Source: Nitrososphaerota archaeon (GTDB lineage: Archaea; Thermoproteota; Nitrososphaeria; Nitrososphaerales; UBA57). From it: a stretch of 20,336 nucleotides of DNA. The translations under genes were made by a program, and so were the position numbers. Of this stretch, positions 7,860 to 16,486 are shown piece by piece (positions within the stretch are counted from its first letter, which is position 1; the number at the start of each line of letters is the position of its first letter). The notes under the pieces are model-generated. The model had not been told where the DNA came from and did not search any database. It saw nothing but the letters and a program-made list of their open reading frames with translations. Location of the stretch: contig JACAFS010000015.1 in NCBI GenBank assembly GCA_013378385.1, forward strand, positions 1 to 20,336. Direction: 5' to 3'.

Positions 7860-8825
7860 TTATACTATGTTTATCATCCTAGTTATTGGTTTAATTGCTC
7901 TTTTTGCAATTTCTTCAGGAACTTTTACTTCATAAATTTCTTCATTTATAGATCTGTATAATTTCTCCAGCGTAATCATCTTCATATATTCACATACTGC
8001 ATCATCTTTAACAGGATGAAATTTTTTCTCTGGATTTTGTTTCTGTAATTGATGCAAAATTCCTGTTTCTGTTGCTACTACAAATTCCTTCGCATTAGAT
8101 TGATTTGCATATTTTATCATTCCATCTGTTGATAATATTTTTGTATTGTCATTTTTTATGTTTCCTTCAGATAATTCATACATTATATTGGAAACACAAC
8201 CACATTCTGGATGAACAAGAAAATCTGCGTCTGGAAGGTCATTCTTCATTGTATTAATCTCATTTGCTGTCAGTTTTGCATGTACATGACATTCTCCTGG
8301 CCAAATATGCATTTTCCTTCCCGTCATATTCTCAATATATGCACCAAGAAATAAATCTGGTAAAAATAAAATCTCTTTGTTCAAAGGAATTTCTTCAACC
8401 ACTTTCACTGCATTTGATGACGTACAACAATAATCGCTTTCTGCTTTAATTGCCGCAGAAGTATTTATGTATGAAATGACTACCGTGTCTGGATGTTTAT
8501 CTTTCCATTCACGTAATTGTTGAACATTAATTGTATCCGCCAATGAGCAACCTGCCTTTAAATCAGGAATTACTACTTTCTTATTAGGAGCTAAAATCGA
8601 AGCCGTTTCAGCCATGAAATTCACACCACAAAATACAATCAAATCTTTGTCCGACTTTAAAGCTTGTAATGAGAGATTAAGCGAATCTCCAACTACATCC
8701 GCCAAGTCCTGTATTTCTGGTATCTGATAATTATGCGATAAAATTAGAGCATTTTTTTCTTCCCTTAACTCATTAATTGCTTCTCGAAAATTAATCTCTG
8801 ATGTATTTATTTGTGCTATAACCAT
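7860..8825 (-). CDS. nadA: Quinolinate synthase NadA.
   Basis: ILSHNYQIPEIQDLADVVGDSL, conserved Cys-containing segments (AGCSLAD, HPECGC, CEYMKM) and a length of about 320 aa. Confidence 0.9.
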   Translation of the reverse strand: MVIAQINTSEINFREAINELREEKNALILSHNYQIPEIQDLADVVGDSLNLSLQALKSDKDLIVFCGVNFMAETASILAPNKKVVIPDLKAGCSLADTINVQQLREWKDKHPDTVVISYINTSAAIKAESDYCCTSSNAVKVVEEIPLNKEILFLPDLFLGAYIENMTGRKMHIWPGECHVHAKLTANEINTMKNDLPDADFLVHPECGCVSNIMYELSEGNIKNDNTKILSTDGMIKYANQSNAKEFVVATETGILHQLQKQNPEKKFHPVKDDAVCEYMKMITLEKLYRSINEEIYEVKVPEEIAKRAIKPITRMINIV

Positions 8826-8881
8826 TCACCTTTTGTTTATTTGTACCAATATGAAGCAATGATTCGCTTGTTTTATATTTT

Positions 8882-9736
8882 GTGTGTACTTTTGTAATAG
8901 AGGATACCTTGGATTCAGAAATAGAACGATTTCTCAACGAAGATATATCTAATGGAGATATAACCTCTGATTTATTCATAGATGCAACATCAATCTCTAA
9001 TGCAGAAATTCTTAGTCGTGAACCTGGAGTTCTTTCTGGACGTAATGAAATAACCCAAATATTTAATCACTTTAATATTGAATCCAATTGGTTATTTCAA
9101 GACGGAGATTCCTTCAGTGACAATTCTCAAATAGTAAAATTAAATGGATTATCAAAATCAATTTTGTTATCTGAACGCGTTTCATTAAATCTTCTTGGAC
9201 ATATGAGTGGTATTGCCACTAGTACTAATAATGCAGTAAAAATTACGAAACAAATTAGCCAGCATACAAACATTTCTGCTACTAGAAAAACACTACCTGG
9301 ACTTCGAAAATACGAAAAATATTCTGTTATAGTTGGCGGGGGCCTTCCACATAGATACGATCTCAATGAAATGATTCTCATTAAAGATAATCATTCTAAA
9401 TTAATTAATAATCTACAAAAAAGTATTAACTCGGTTCGAAATCAGATTGGTTCAAGTAAAAAAATTGAACTTGAAGTTGATTCTTTGGAATCTGCTATGA
9501 AAGCAATTGATCTCGATATTGATATTATATTACTTGATAACATGCAACCTGAAGATATTCTAAAATTTATGAATAAAATAAAATCAATTTCACAAAAAAT
9601 CCCACTCACTGAAGCTTCTGGCGGTATTACTATGTCTAATCTCCAAAATTACGCATCAACTGGCGTGGATATTATATCAATGGGTTCTCTAACTCATTCA
9701 AGCAAATCATTAGATTTCTCTTTACAAATTATTTAA
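8882..9736 (+). CDS. nadC: Nicotinate-nucleotide pyrophosphorylase (quinolinate phosphoribosyltransferase) NadC.
   Basis: EDISNGDITS at the N-terminus, then ATRKTLPGLR, IKDNH, EVDSLESA, LLDNM and EASGGIT. The start is uncertain: GTG 8882 in the track, with TTG 8909 also possible. It is divergent from nadA. Confidence 0.88.
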   Translation: MCTFVIEDTLDSEIERFLNEDISNGDITSDLFIDATSISNAEILSREPGVLSGRNEITQIFNHFNIESNWLFQDGDSFSDNSQIVKLNGLSKSILLSERVSLNLLGHMSGIATSTNNAVKITKQISQHTNISATRKTLPGLRKYEKYSVIVGGGLPHRYDLNEMILIKDNHSKLINNLQKSINSVRNQIGSSKKIELEVDSLESAMKAIDLDIDIILLDNMQPEDILKFMNKIKSISQKIPLTEASGGITMSNLQNYASTGVDIISMGSLTHSSKSLDFSLQII

Positions 9737-10227
9737 TTTGTATCATTTTTTATTCCTGCAGATTGTATACGGTTTTTTATTATTACAATTAATACAGAAC
9801 CCAATACACCAATGGCAAGAAAAGTTCCTATAAATATATCAGTAATTCCAACAATAAGTGGCAATCCAAATAAATATGAAATGTATACACCTACAATCAT
9901 AGAAACAATTACAATCTGGCAAGCTATACCGACTATGAACGGTACTTTATTACTTCTACATAGATTCCAAGCTACATACGCTGCAATGAAATTTGCAACA
10001 GTACCTCCAATAATATCAATAAAACCTAAACCTCCAAATATATTAGCTACAACTGTACCTAATGACAATCCAATTATTGCTGGCATACCAAAGATAATCG
10101 AAAGTGGTAAAAGTGCGTCTGCAACTCTTACTTGAATTGGCAAAAAACTAAAAGGAGCTAAAAAAACTACTCCAATTGCATACAATGCTGCAAATATTGA
10201 TATTAATGCTATTTGTTTTGAATCCAT
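9733..10227 (-). CDS. queT: QueT-family membrane transporter (putative 7-deazaguanine/queuosine-precursor transporter).
   Basis: About 5-6 TM helices, with family-like FAALYAIGVVFLAPFSFLPIQVRVADALLPL and GGLGFIDIIGGTVANFIAAY. I start at ATG 10227 (MDSKQ...). The 17-codon upstream extension to ATG 10278 is GC-rich, uses atypical codons and looks like structured RNA. Confidence 0.7.
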   Translation of the reverse strand: MDSKQIALISIFAALYAIGVVFLAPFSFLPIQVRVADALLPLSIIFGMPAIIGLSLGTVVANIFGGLGFIDIIGGTVANFIAAYVAWNLCRSNKVPFIVGIACQIVIVSMIVGVYISYLFGLPLIVGITDIFIGTFLAIGVLGSVLIVIIKNRIQSAGIKNDTN

Positions 10228-10288
10228 TTTTACATCTCTTACCGGGGTTTCTATAGCGGAACGGACGAGATGTCCCATTCACCCGCTT
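10228..10288 (-). promoter_or_regulatory. GC-rich structured 5' leader of the queT-like gene, a candidate cis-regulatory RNA.
   Basis: Minus-strand sequence: AAGCGGGTGAATGGGACATCTCGTCCGTTCCGCTATAGAAACCCCGGTAAGAGATGTAAAA-ATG. Stem AGCGG/CCGCT encloses GGAC-ATCTC-GTCC. TATA-like TTTTTATACC and TTTTTATAAATT lie just upstream (10289-10318). Confidence 0.4.
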
Positions 10289-10321
10289 AATTTATAAAAA
10301 TTTTACCGGTATAAAAATCTA

Positions 10322-11080
10322 TTATCTATCGTCAATTCTTGGCGCAAGATAAAAATTAATGTATCCGCCTACTTCACCCAATCGAAATTCAATTTTAAAT
10401 GGCATTTTATTAGAATATTCAATGCTAATTGTTTCAGCTGTGGTTCCTATTGCTTTTAGAATACTTAACAAATACTGTAAGCTATAAGTTGCCTTGCTTT
10501 CTACTTTTGAACTTATTTCGGATACTCCCTCATCTGATTTATTTAATGTAATTTCTGCCTTTCCTGCATCTCCATTTCCAATGAACTTTATTTCGTCATT
10601 ATTAGTTTCAATGGTAATATGATCTGCTACTGCTCCTACGTCATTTAACGTATCTTCAAAAACTCCTTTATCTATCACAATCCTAGAATCCAATGCTAAT
10701 TTTGGCACTTGTTGTGGGCTCTGAGAACTCTCAATCAAACGAATTTGGAACTCTCTTTTACGACCATTCTCTAATTTAACAATTAAATATTCGTCGTCTT
10801 CTGCAGATATAGATATACTGTTATTTTGTTTTGCTCTCTTTATCAATTTGGACAATTCCTCAATTCTCAAAGTCAACTTGAATTCTTTATCACATTCGTA
10901 TTTTTCAAATGATGCATTTGGCCAATTTAAATCAATCATAGCAACATGTGATGGATCCATTCCTCTAAATTGTATCCCTTCCGCATTTGCTTCAAAACTA
11001 GGTTCTTCAACTATCGTGGAAACTACATTCATTATCAATTTCCATTCGGCAGGTGATTTGGTTTTTGCAACAAAACTCAT
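10322..11080 (-). CDS. pcn: DNA polymerase sliding clamp PCNA.
   Basis: Typical archaeal PCNA N-terminus (F.A......K.I...V..IV.E..FEA..EGI.FRGMDPSHVAMIDL) and a length of about 250 aa. The track ORF opens at GTG 11089, and the first ATG (MSFVAKT) is at 11080. Confidence 0.9.
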   Translation of the reverse strand: MSFVAKTKSPAEWKLIMNVVSTIVEEPSFEANAEGIQFRGMDPSHVAMIDLNWPNASFEKYECDKEFKLTLRIEELSKLIKRAKQNNSISISAEDDEYLIVKLENGRKREFQIRLIESSQSPQQVPKLALDSRIVIDKGVFEDTLNDVGAVADHITIETNNDEIKFIGNGDAGKAEITLNKSDEGVSEISSKVESKATYSLQYLLSILKAIGTTAETISIEYSNKMPFKIEFRLGEVGGYINFYLAPRIDDR

Positions 11081-11112
11081 AGCATTCACTTAATGTTTGT
11101 ATCTATAAGTTA

Positions 11113-11439
11113 TTAAGAATATTCTCTCCATGTGTGTTCACATTTAACACAGCGGTAGAATCTAGTAGCAGGTTCGTCTCCACTTCTGGTTTGTCTCTGC
11201 CATGAATAAGCTTCTTCATTACCACATTTTGAACATTGCTCTTTCTCAATTGGTAATGATTGAATATCATTTTTTTCATCTTTAATTTTAATTTTATTAT
11301 TCTCATCGAGTTGTTGTACAGATTTAATATCTGATTCAGTATCAATTTCTTTACCACACTCAACACACGCAGAAATTCTTTTTCCTGATTCATCAATTTT
11401 CGGTAAAATCCTACCGCCACACGATGTACAAAATTCCAA
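11113..11439 (-). CDS. tfs: Transcription factor S (TFS; TFIIS/RpoM-like transcript cleavage factor).
   Basis: N-terminal Zn ribbon MEFCTSCGG...CVECG. C-terminal TFIIS Zn ribbon CSKCGNEEAYSWQRQTRSGDEPATRFYRCVKCEHTW, with the acidic DE hairpin. TTG start at 11439. Confidence 0.92.
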   Translation of the reverse strand: MEFCTSCGGRILPKIDESGKRISACVECGKEIDTESDIKSVQQLDENNKIKIKDEKNDIQSLPIEKEQCSKCGNEEAYSWQRQTRSGDEPATRFYRCVKCEHTWREYS

Positions 11440-11461
11440 TAATATTCACCTAGTTTTTAAA

Positions 11462-11746
11462 CTATTTGCTCAATGATTTACTAAACTTCTCAAATATTTC
11501 ATTGATTGTTTGCACTGCCTTATCGCTACTTGTAATTACCTGTGCCATTGTATCTTTTTTCTTTGTCTCAATTTGAACTTTAAAATTATTTACTAGGGGA
11601 TGAGGTTTTACTGCTCCCGCAAACACTACTTCGTTATTTTCCAAAAGCTCTTTTCGTAAAATATAGCCTATGGCTAAGTCTTCATCTGTTATTACTAATG
11701 TCGCTCGATTGTCTTTTTTATCTACTTTTATTTCCATTTTATTCAT
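11462..11746 (-). CDS. rpoL: DNA-directed RNA polymerase subunit L (Rpo11/RpoL).
   Basis: ATLVITDEDLAIGYILRKELLENNEVVFAGAVKPHPL matches the RpoL/Rpb11 pattern (E.HTLGN-like region, HPL). About 90 aa. Confidence 0.85.
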   Translation of the reverse strand: MNKMEIKVDKKDNRATLVITDEDLAIGYILRKELLENNEVVFAGAVKPHPLVNNFKVQIETKKKDTMAQVITSSDKAVQTINEIFEKFSKSLSK

Positions 11747-11769
11747 TTTTTCCTACTCATTCCAACTAT

Positions 11770-12603
11770 TCAAAGCTTGTTATTTGACTTTGGATATGAT
11801 CCTAATATCTTAACCGTACTTCCAAGATTTATTAGTCCTTCCACTGCTTTTTTACAATTATTGTCATCTATATGTCCTTCAAAATCTAGATAAAAATTAT
11901 ATTCCCATGCCTTTTTCCTGGTAAGCCTAGATTCAATTTTTGTTAAGTTAATACCTCCATTCGCAAATTCTTTCAAAGCCTTGTACAAAGCCCCCGAAAC
12001 ATCTCCTGCAGAAAATACTATAGACGTTTTATCATCTCCAGTGGATTTAGTTCGATTTTTAGACAAACAAAAGAATCTTGTAAAATTATCTTCATGATCC
12101 TGAATATTTTCATCAATTACATTCATCTCGTATATTTCTGCTGCTTCCTTACTTGCAATTGCCGCTGATCTTTTCATATTTTTTTCTTTAATCATTTTTA
12201 CACTACCCGCTGTATCATAAGTAGCAACTGCATCACACCCTATTTTTTTCAAATAACTTTTACACTGCCCTAAAGCTTGAGTATGAGAATATATCACATC
12301 AATATCCTCTTTCTTTGTGTTGTGATGTGAAATTAAGCAATGATCCACCTTTACATTAATTTCGCCCACTACTGACAGACTCGATTTTAATAATAACTCG
12401 TAAGATTCTATTACACTTCCTTCTATTGAATTCTCAATTGGCAGAATTGCTAAATCGATTTGACCATTTTCTATAGCTAAAAATAAATCTGAAAAACTTC
12501 TGTATGACCTACTAGTTACTTCTGAAAAGTATAATTGAACTGCTTTTTCACTATAAGCACCACTCTCACCTTGAAATCCAACCGTAGGAATATCTCTTTC
12601 CAA
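11770..12603 (-). CDS. pheA: Prephenate dehydratase (PDT + ACT domains).
   Basis: VGFQGESGAYSE at the N-terminus, then NFTRFF, and the ACT/ESRP-like LTKIESRLTRKKAWEYNFYLDFEGH. TTG start at 12603. Confidence 0.88.
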   Translation of the reverse strand: MERDIPTVGFQGESGAYSEKAVQLYFSEVTSRSYRSFSDLFLAIENGQIDLAILPIENSIEGSVIESYELLLKSSLSVVGEINVKVDHCLISHHNTKKEDIDVIYSHTQALGQCKSYLKKIGCDAVATYDTAGSVKMIKEKNMKRSAAIASKEAAEIYEMNVIDENIQDHEDNFTRFFCLSKNRTKSTGDDKTSIVFSAGDVSGALYKALKEFANGGINLTKIESRLTRKKAWEYNFYLDFEGHIDDNNCKKAVEGLINLGSTVKILGSYPKSNNKL

Positions 12604-12609
12604 AGTAAT

Positions 12610-13524
12610 CTAATATACCTCAGTTAACCAATTCAAATATTTCTCATTATTGCCTGCAACAATATCTGCATAAGCCTGTCTTATTCTGTCAGTGATTTTA
12701 CCTATTTTACCTGTTCCAATTTTTCTATTGTCAATTTCAACGATTGCAGTTACTTCTGCTGCCGTTCCAGTAAAGAATACTTCATCTGCTTGATAAAGCT
12801 CAATTCTTGAGATCTCCCTCTCTTTAATTTTCATACCCATGTCTCTAGCCATCTGAATAACCGAATCTCTTGTTATTCCTACTAGTATTGATGATGTAGT
12901 AGGAGGTGTAGCTATTTCTCCATCTTTGACTACAAAAATATTTTCTCCTGTTCCTTCCGAAACCATTGAATTTTTACCTAATAAAATAGCATCATCAAAA
13001 CCCGATCTCAATGCATCTAACTTTGCAAGTACCGAATTCAAATAATTTCCACTTGCTTTTGCTTGAACTGGCATCGATTCATCAGAAATTCTTTTCCAAT
13101 TTGATATACAAACTTTAATCTCAGGATTTGAAAAATATTTACCAAATGGAAATGCTGTGATTGATACATTTACTGGAAATCCAGTGAAATTTAATCCAAT
13201 TCCACCATATCCTACGTAAACTAATGGTCTAATATAGCTCGACCGTTTCAATTGATTCTTTCTGAGTAATTCTAAAATATTTTGCTCTAATTCTGATTCA
13301 GAATATTTATGTTCCAACGGTAATATTTTACATGATTCAGATAAACGTGATATATGTTCCTTTAATCTAAAAACACCTAAATTATCTTTAGAAGGATATG
13401 CCCTTATTCCTTCAAATACTGCTGTTCCATAATGAATTGCATGAGTTAAAATAGGGACCTTTGCATCTTCCCATTTTACAAACTCTCCATCCATCCACAT
13501 ATATTCAGTTTCTTCTATTGCCAA
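12610..13524 (-). CDS. ilvE: Branched-chain amino acid aminotransferase.
   Basis: WMDGEFVKWEDAKV, HYGTAVFEGIRAY, GENIFVVKDGEIATPP, GITRDSV and EVFFTGTAAEV. The start is TTG 13524 or ATG 13500. Confidence 0.9.
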   Translation of the reverse strand: MAIEETEYMWMDGEFVKWEDAKVPILTHAIHYGTAVFEGIRAYPSKDNLGVFRLKEHISRLSESCKILPLEHKYSESELEQNILELLRKNQLKRSSYIRPLVYVGYGGIGLNFTGFPVNVSITAFPFGKYFSNPEIKVCISNWKRISDESMPVQAKASGNYLNSVLAKLDALRSGFDDAILLGKNSMVSEGTGENIFVVKDGEIATPPTTSSILVGITRDSVIQMARDMGMKIKEREISRIELYQADEVFFTGTAAEVTAIVEIDNRKIGTGKIGKITDRIRQAYADIVAGNNEKYLNWLTEVY

Positions 13525-13575
13525 AAATCTCTCCCCCCGGTTAAATATAAAATTCTATAAAAACTTTGAAATTCC

Positions 13576-14106
13576 CTATCCTTGAAAGTCCGCTGCCAGT
13601 TTTTTATATTTAAAGAAACCACAACTGACACATTTTACCCCTTTTTGAACCTTGACTACTCTGTCCGCGCACATATTACAAGTAGATCGTATTACTCCAT
13701 CATCATCATTATCATTTTTCACAACGATATGGGTTATTCCATTAGTCAAACTAACCACTGTAGCACGAATATAGTCATTTGTTCCCCAATTTGGCATTTT
13801 TGTTTTTGCCATTAAACCAACTAAAGAACCAAACGAAATCTTTCCATTAATCTTCTTAATTCTAAGCGTTTTATCATTTTCAAGAACACCTTCAACCTGA
13901 TCATTGACCTGCGGTAATTCTGATGTGCTTCTTGGTCCCTTTACTTCAACTGATTTATTCTTATTATCAAATTTTGTCTTTCCAAACACGGAAGAATGAA
14001 TCTGTCCATCAATTGTATGTGTACCTTTTCCAGATTCATATTCTTCAATAACAGCTAATTCATCTCCTGGAATGACTCTTTCCTTACGTTTATTGCTATT
14101 TTCCAT
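13576..14106 (-). CDS. csl4: Exosome complex RNA-binding subunit Csl4 (S1 domain + Zn ribbon).
   Basis: N-terminal PGDELAVIEEYESGKGT, an S1-like middle region, and the C-terminal CNMCADRVV...VKCVSCG zinc ribbon. The dph2 and RNA-polymerase-subunit neighbours are typical of archaea. Confidence 0.85.
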   Translation of the reverse strand: MENSNKRKERVIPGDELAVIEEYESGKGTHTIDGQIHSSVFGKTKFDNKNKSVEVKGPRSTSELPQVNDQVEGVLENDKTLRIKKINGKISFGSLVGLMAKTKMPNWGTNDYIRATVVSLTNGITHIVVKNDNDDDGVIRSTCNMCADRVVKVQKGVKCVSCGFFKYKKLAADFQG

Positions 14107-14142
14107 GCTTTGTTTTAACTTTGAAAATATTTAAACCTCGTA

Positions 14143-15144
14143 TTATAACCAATGTGGTTTAACAAGAAAGTCATCAAGTTCTTTTCCATCTAATAAGTCT
14201 AATAATGCTTCTGCCTGAGGAGACGATAATACTGGCTTATTGAAGGTATATCCGTCAATCGAAACTCTAGGGCACGAAGTCTGAATAAATGCATCAATTG
14301 ACTTGAAATATGATATTCTCTCCTGTGTAACTTCTCTCATTGCAATCAATTGCACTTCTTTTCCTCTTTCTTCTAATCTCCTTTTCACAGACAGTAACTT
14401 CTTTGTATCAAATTGACCTTCCTTTAGTCCTAATATAAGACCAAATTTCTCTGCATAACGAGCCTTTGAAATTGATAAAATTGCTTTCTTTTCCCGATCC
14501 TCTGCTACTCCCTTTACATCGATAATCTCTTCAGCATAAGGATCAATCATGAATGTAGGTTTTCCCGACGACAATGAAACTCCTATTCCGTGAAAATTAC
14601 TATTTCCTAATACAACAAACGCATCTACACTTTCCTTAATGTAAAATGCAGGATAAAATTCACAACCAAATACTTGACCATCTTGCAGTTGTCCTCCTCC
14701 TTTTCCGATAATTACTTGAACTCCGTTCTCTTCAAATTTCTTTTTTATTGAATCAATCTGATGCAAATACTGACTAAACGTTACCATTCCTATGACCTTA
14801 AATTTCTTTAGCGCATCGATTGATTTCTTTACTGCAGGCTCGAAATCAATATTGTCAAACGCATCTATCATTATGGTTCTATCTCCAAGTTTCTCAAACG
14901 AAATTGTATGACCAATATTGAAAGCTAATTCAGCTCCGATTCTTTTAGCTTCAAAATTTGTACTATCGCAGCTACCGTAACAAGAATCTCCCATTATGAA
15001 AACATCTATGTTGAATTCTTTCTTTATTCTTGATGATATGTCTTCTAAATATATCATCAAACCATCAGGGGCACTTATACACACACTTCTTGGTTTGTTT
15101 GAACGTATCTCTTCAAATATCTTATTCTCATCTATTTCAATCAT
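14143..15144 (-). CDS. dph2: Diphthamide biosynthesis radical-SAM enzyme Dph2 (2-(3-amino-3-carboxypropyl)histidine synthase).
   Basis: Three-domain Dph2-like sequence with conserved Cys contexts (GDSCYGSCD, FGCEFY, QTSCPRVSIDG). About 333 aa. Adjacent to csl4. Confidence 0.85.
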   Translation of the reverse strand: MIEIDENKIFEEIRSNKPRSVCISAPDGLMIYLEDISSRIKKEFNIDVFIMGDSCYGSCDSTNFEAKRIGAELAFNIGHTISFEKLGDRTIMIDAFDNIDFEPAVKKSIDALKKFKVIGMVTFSQYLHQIDSIKKKFEENGVQVIIGKGGGQLQDGQVFGCEFYPAFYIKESVDAFVVLGNSNFHGIGVSLSSGKPTFMIDPYAEEIIDVKGVAEDREKKAILSISKARYAEKFGLILGLKEGQFDTKKLLSVKRRLEERGKEVQLIAMREVTQERISYFKSIDAFIQTSCPRVSIDGYTFNKPVLSSPQAEALLDLLDGKELDDFLVKPHWL

Positions 15145-15183
15145 TTTTCTTACTTAATCTCTATAATCATTGTATTTGTAATT

Positions 15184-16404
15184 TTATTTTTCCTTAAAAT
15201 TTAGTTTATTGACATAATTTTCTATAATATGATCCGCAAATGGCATACTGCAAGTCATTCCAGGAGAAACTGCATTTAGTATATGTATTGAATTTTCATG
15301 TTCTTTAACTACTAAATCATCAACTAATTTTCCATTATCATCAACCAATTGTGCACGTATTCCTGAATAACTCTTAATTAATTCATTTAATTCAATTTTA
15401 GGCACTAAGTCACACACTTTTTCTAATAATTTGGTTTTCATTAATGATTGTATAAACTCTTCTTCCACCCGTTTACGATTATTTTTCAACATCTTCCAAA
15501 ATCCTCCGTAACTCAATATTTCCATCAATTCATTAAAATTAACATCTTTATTTCTGTAGGCCTCTTTTCCTGGTGCAAGAACTGCATTGGGACCTACAAT
15601 TACTTTATTCTCAATAGTTTTCGTTAAATGAATCCCTAAAAATGGAAGATCTGGATCCGGAATAGGATATATCATCGAATTTACTATGTGAGATTTATTT
15701 TCTGGAAGTTCAAAATATTCTCCCCGGAACGGTATTATTTGATAATTTAATTTTAATCCCATTATCTTTGCTATCTTGTCCGAATATACCCCTGCACAAT
15801 TTATCACAAATTTTGCAGAAATTTCAGTCATTGATGTTGTTATAATAATCTTACTGTCTTTTGCTTTAACAGATATAACTTTCTGATTGAGTAAGATCTT
15901 CACACCATTTTCTTTTGCTTCAAATCCTAATGACTCAACTAATTTCCTTGAATCAACTATGCTTCCCATCGGAGAATATAATGCAAACTTTCCATCCGTA
16001 AACGGTTCCATCTTCCTCAGTTCTATTTCATTAATTATTCTTCCGTCTTGAACATTATTTTCTTTACTTCGTTTTAATAAAGCCTCTAAATTATTTTCAT
16101 CTATTTTAGTCTTACCAACAACAAGTGTTCCCGTTTTTTTGTATGGAATATTATTATCTACACAATAATTCTGTAGTTGTTTATTACCTTCTACGCAAAA
16201 TTTCGCTTTTAATGAATTCGGCCTGTAATAAAATCCACTATGTATAACGCCACTATTTCTACTACTTGCATGATAACCTACGGAACCCTCTTTTTCAACT
16301 ATGGCAATCTTAACTTGAAATCTCTTACTTAATCTATTAGCAAGTGCGCTACCAATTACACCTGCTCCTATTATTACAATGTCATATTCAGATTCCTTAA
16401 GCAT
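15184..16404 (-). CDS. lhgO: FAD-dependent L-2-hydroxyglutarate oxidase/dehydrogenase-like oxidoreductase.
   Basis: YDIVIIGAGVIGSA, HASSRNSGVIHSGFYYRPNSLKAKFCVEGN and IIPFRGEYFELP...MIYPIPDPDLPFLGIHLT...VGPNAVLA closely track the E. coli LhgO (YgaF) sequence pattern from memory. The track extension to 16479 is hydrophobic junk that overlaps a palindrome and promoter, so I use ATG 16404. Confidence 0.85.
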   Translation of the reverse strand: MLKESEYDIVIIGAGVIGSALANRLSKRFQVKIAIVEKEGSVGYHASSRNSGVIHSGFYYRPNSLKAKFCVEGNKQLQNYCVDNNIPYKKTGTLVVGKTKIDENNLEALLKRSKENNVQDGRIINEIELRKMEPFTDGKFALYSPMGSIVDSRKLVESLGFEAKENGVKILLNQKVISVKAKDSKIIITTSMTEISAKFVINCAGVYSDKIAKIMGLKLNYQIIPFRGEYFELPENKSHIVNSMIYPIPDPDLPFLGIHLTKTIENKVIVGPNAVLAPGKEAYRNKDVNFNELMEILSYGGFWKMLKNNRKRVEEEFIQSLMKTKLLEKVCDLVPKIELNELIKSYSGIRAQLVDDNGKLVDDLVVKEHENSIHILNAVSPGMTCSMPFADHIIENYVNKLNFKEK

Positions 16405-16450
16405 AAAAAAACAATTGTATTGACCTAATAAAAATAAAATATAAAATTCA

Positions 16451-16482
16451 TAATTGATGGTAACTTGTATTACCATCAATTA
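16451..16482. repeat. Perfect 13-bp inverted repeat with a 6-nt spacer.
   Basis: taattgatggtaa (16451-16463), cttgta, ttaccatcaatta (16470-16482). It lies between the RNase P RNA 3' end and the TATA-like aaatataaaa (16437-16446) of the lhgO-like gene. Confidence 0.9.
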
Positions 16483-16486
16483 AACG

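Noticed and set aside
8264-9381. ORFs 8264-8449 (+), 8791-8979 (-) and 9127-9381 (-).
   Set aside because: The first and third are antisense within nadA and nadC. The second spans the nadA/nadC divergent promoter and overlaps both gene starts. None has recognisable features.
7860-9736. Absence of nadB next to the divergent nadA/nadC pair as a sign of a novel quinolinate route.
   Set aside because: nadB, or an aspartate dehydrogenase, may simply be encoded elsewhere in the genome. Nothing in this window bears on it, and the lhgO-like flavoprotein matches LhgO rather than NadB.
9812-10135. Plus-strand ORF antisense to the queT-like gene.
   Set aside because: It is the mirror frame of a hydrophobic membrane-protein gene, with no independent support.
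10228-10288. Calling the queT leader a bona fide preQ1-I riboswitch.
   Set aside because: Only the outline is shared (a 5-bp stem followed by CUAUAGAAAC). The loop is about twice the size of preQ1-I aptamers and I cannot show the P2 pseudoknot pairing. I report it only as an unclassified structured leader.
10848-11420. ORFs 10848-11093 (+) and 11103-11420 (-).
   Set aside because: The first is antisense to pcn. The second is an alternative frame of the tfs gene, whose frame is fixed by two Zn-ribbon motifs.
13582-13815. Plus-strand ORF antisense to csl4.
   Set aside because: Nested antisense ORF with a low-complexity translation.
16405-16479. The 25-codon N-terminal extension of the lhgO-like ORF (MMVIQVTINYEFYILFLLGQYNCFF).
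   Set aside because: It would read through the TATA-like box and the 13-bp palindrome. The FAD-binding fold must start at MLKESEYDIVIIGAG, as in LhgO homologues.
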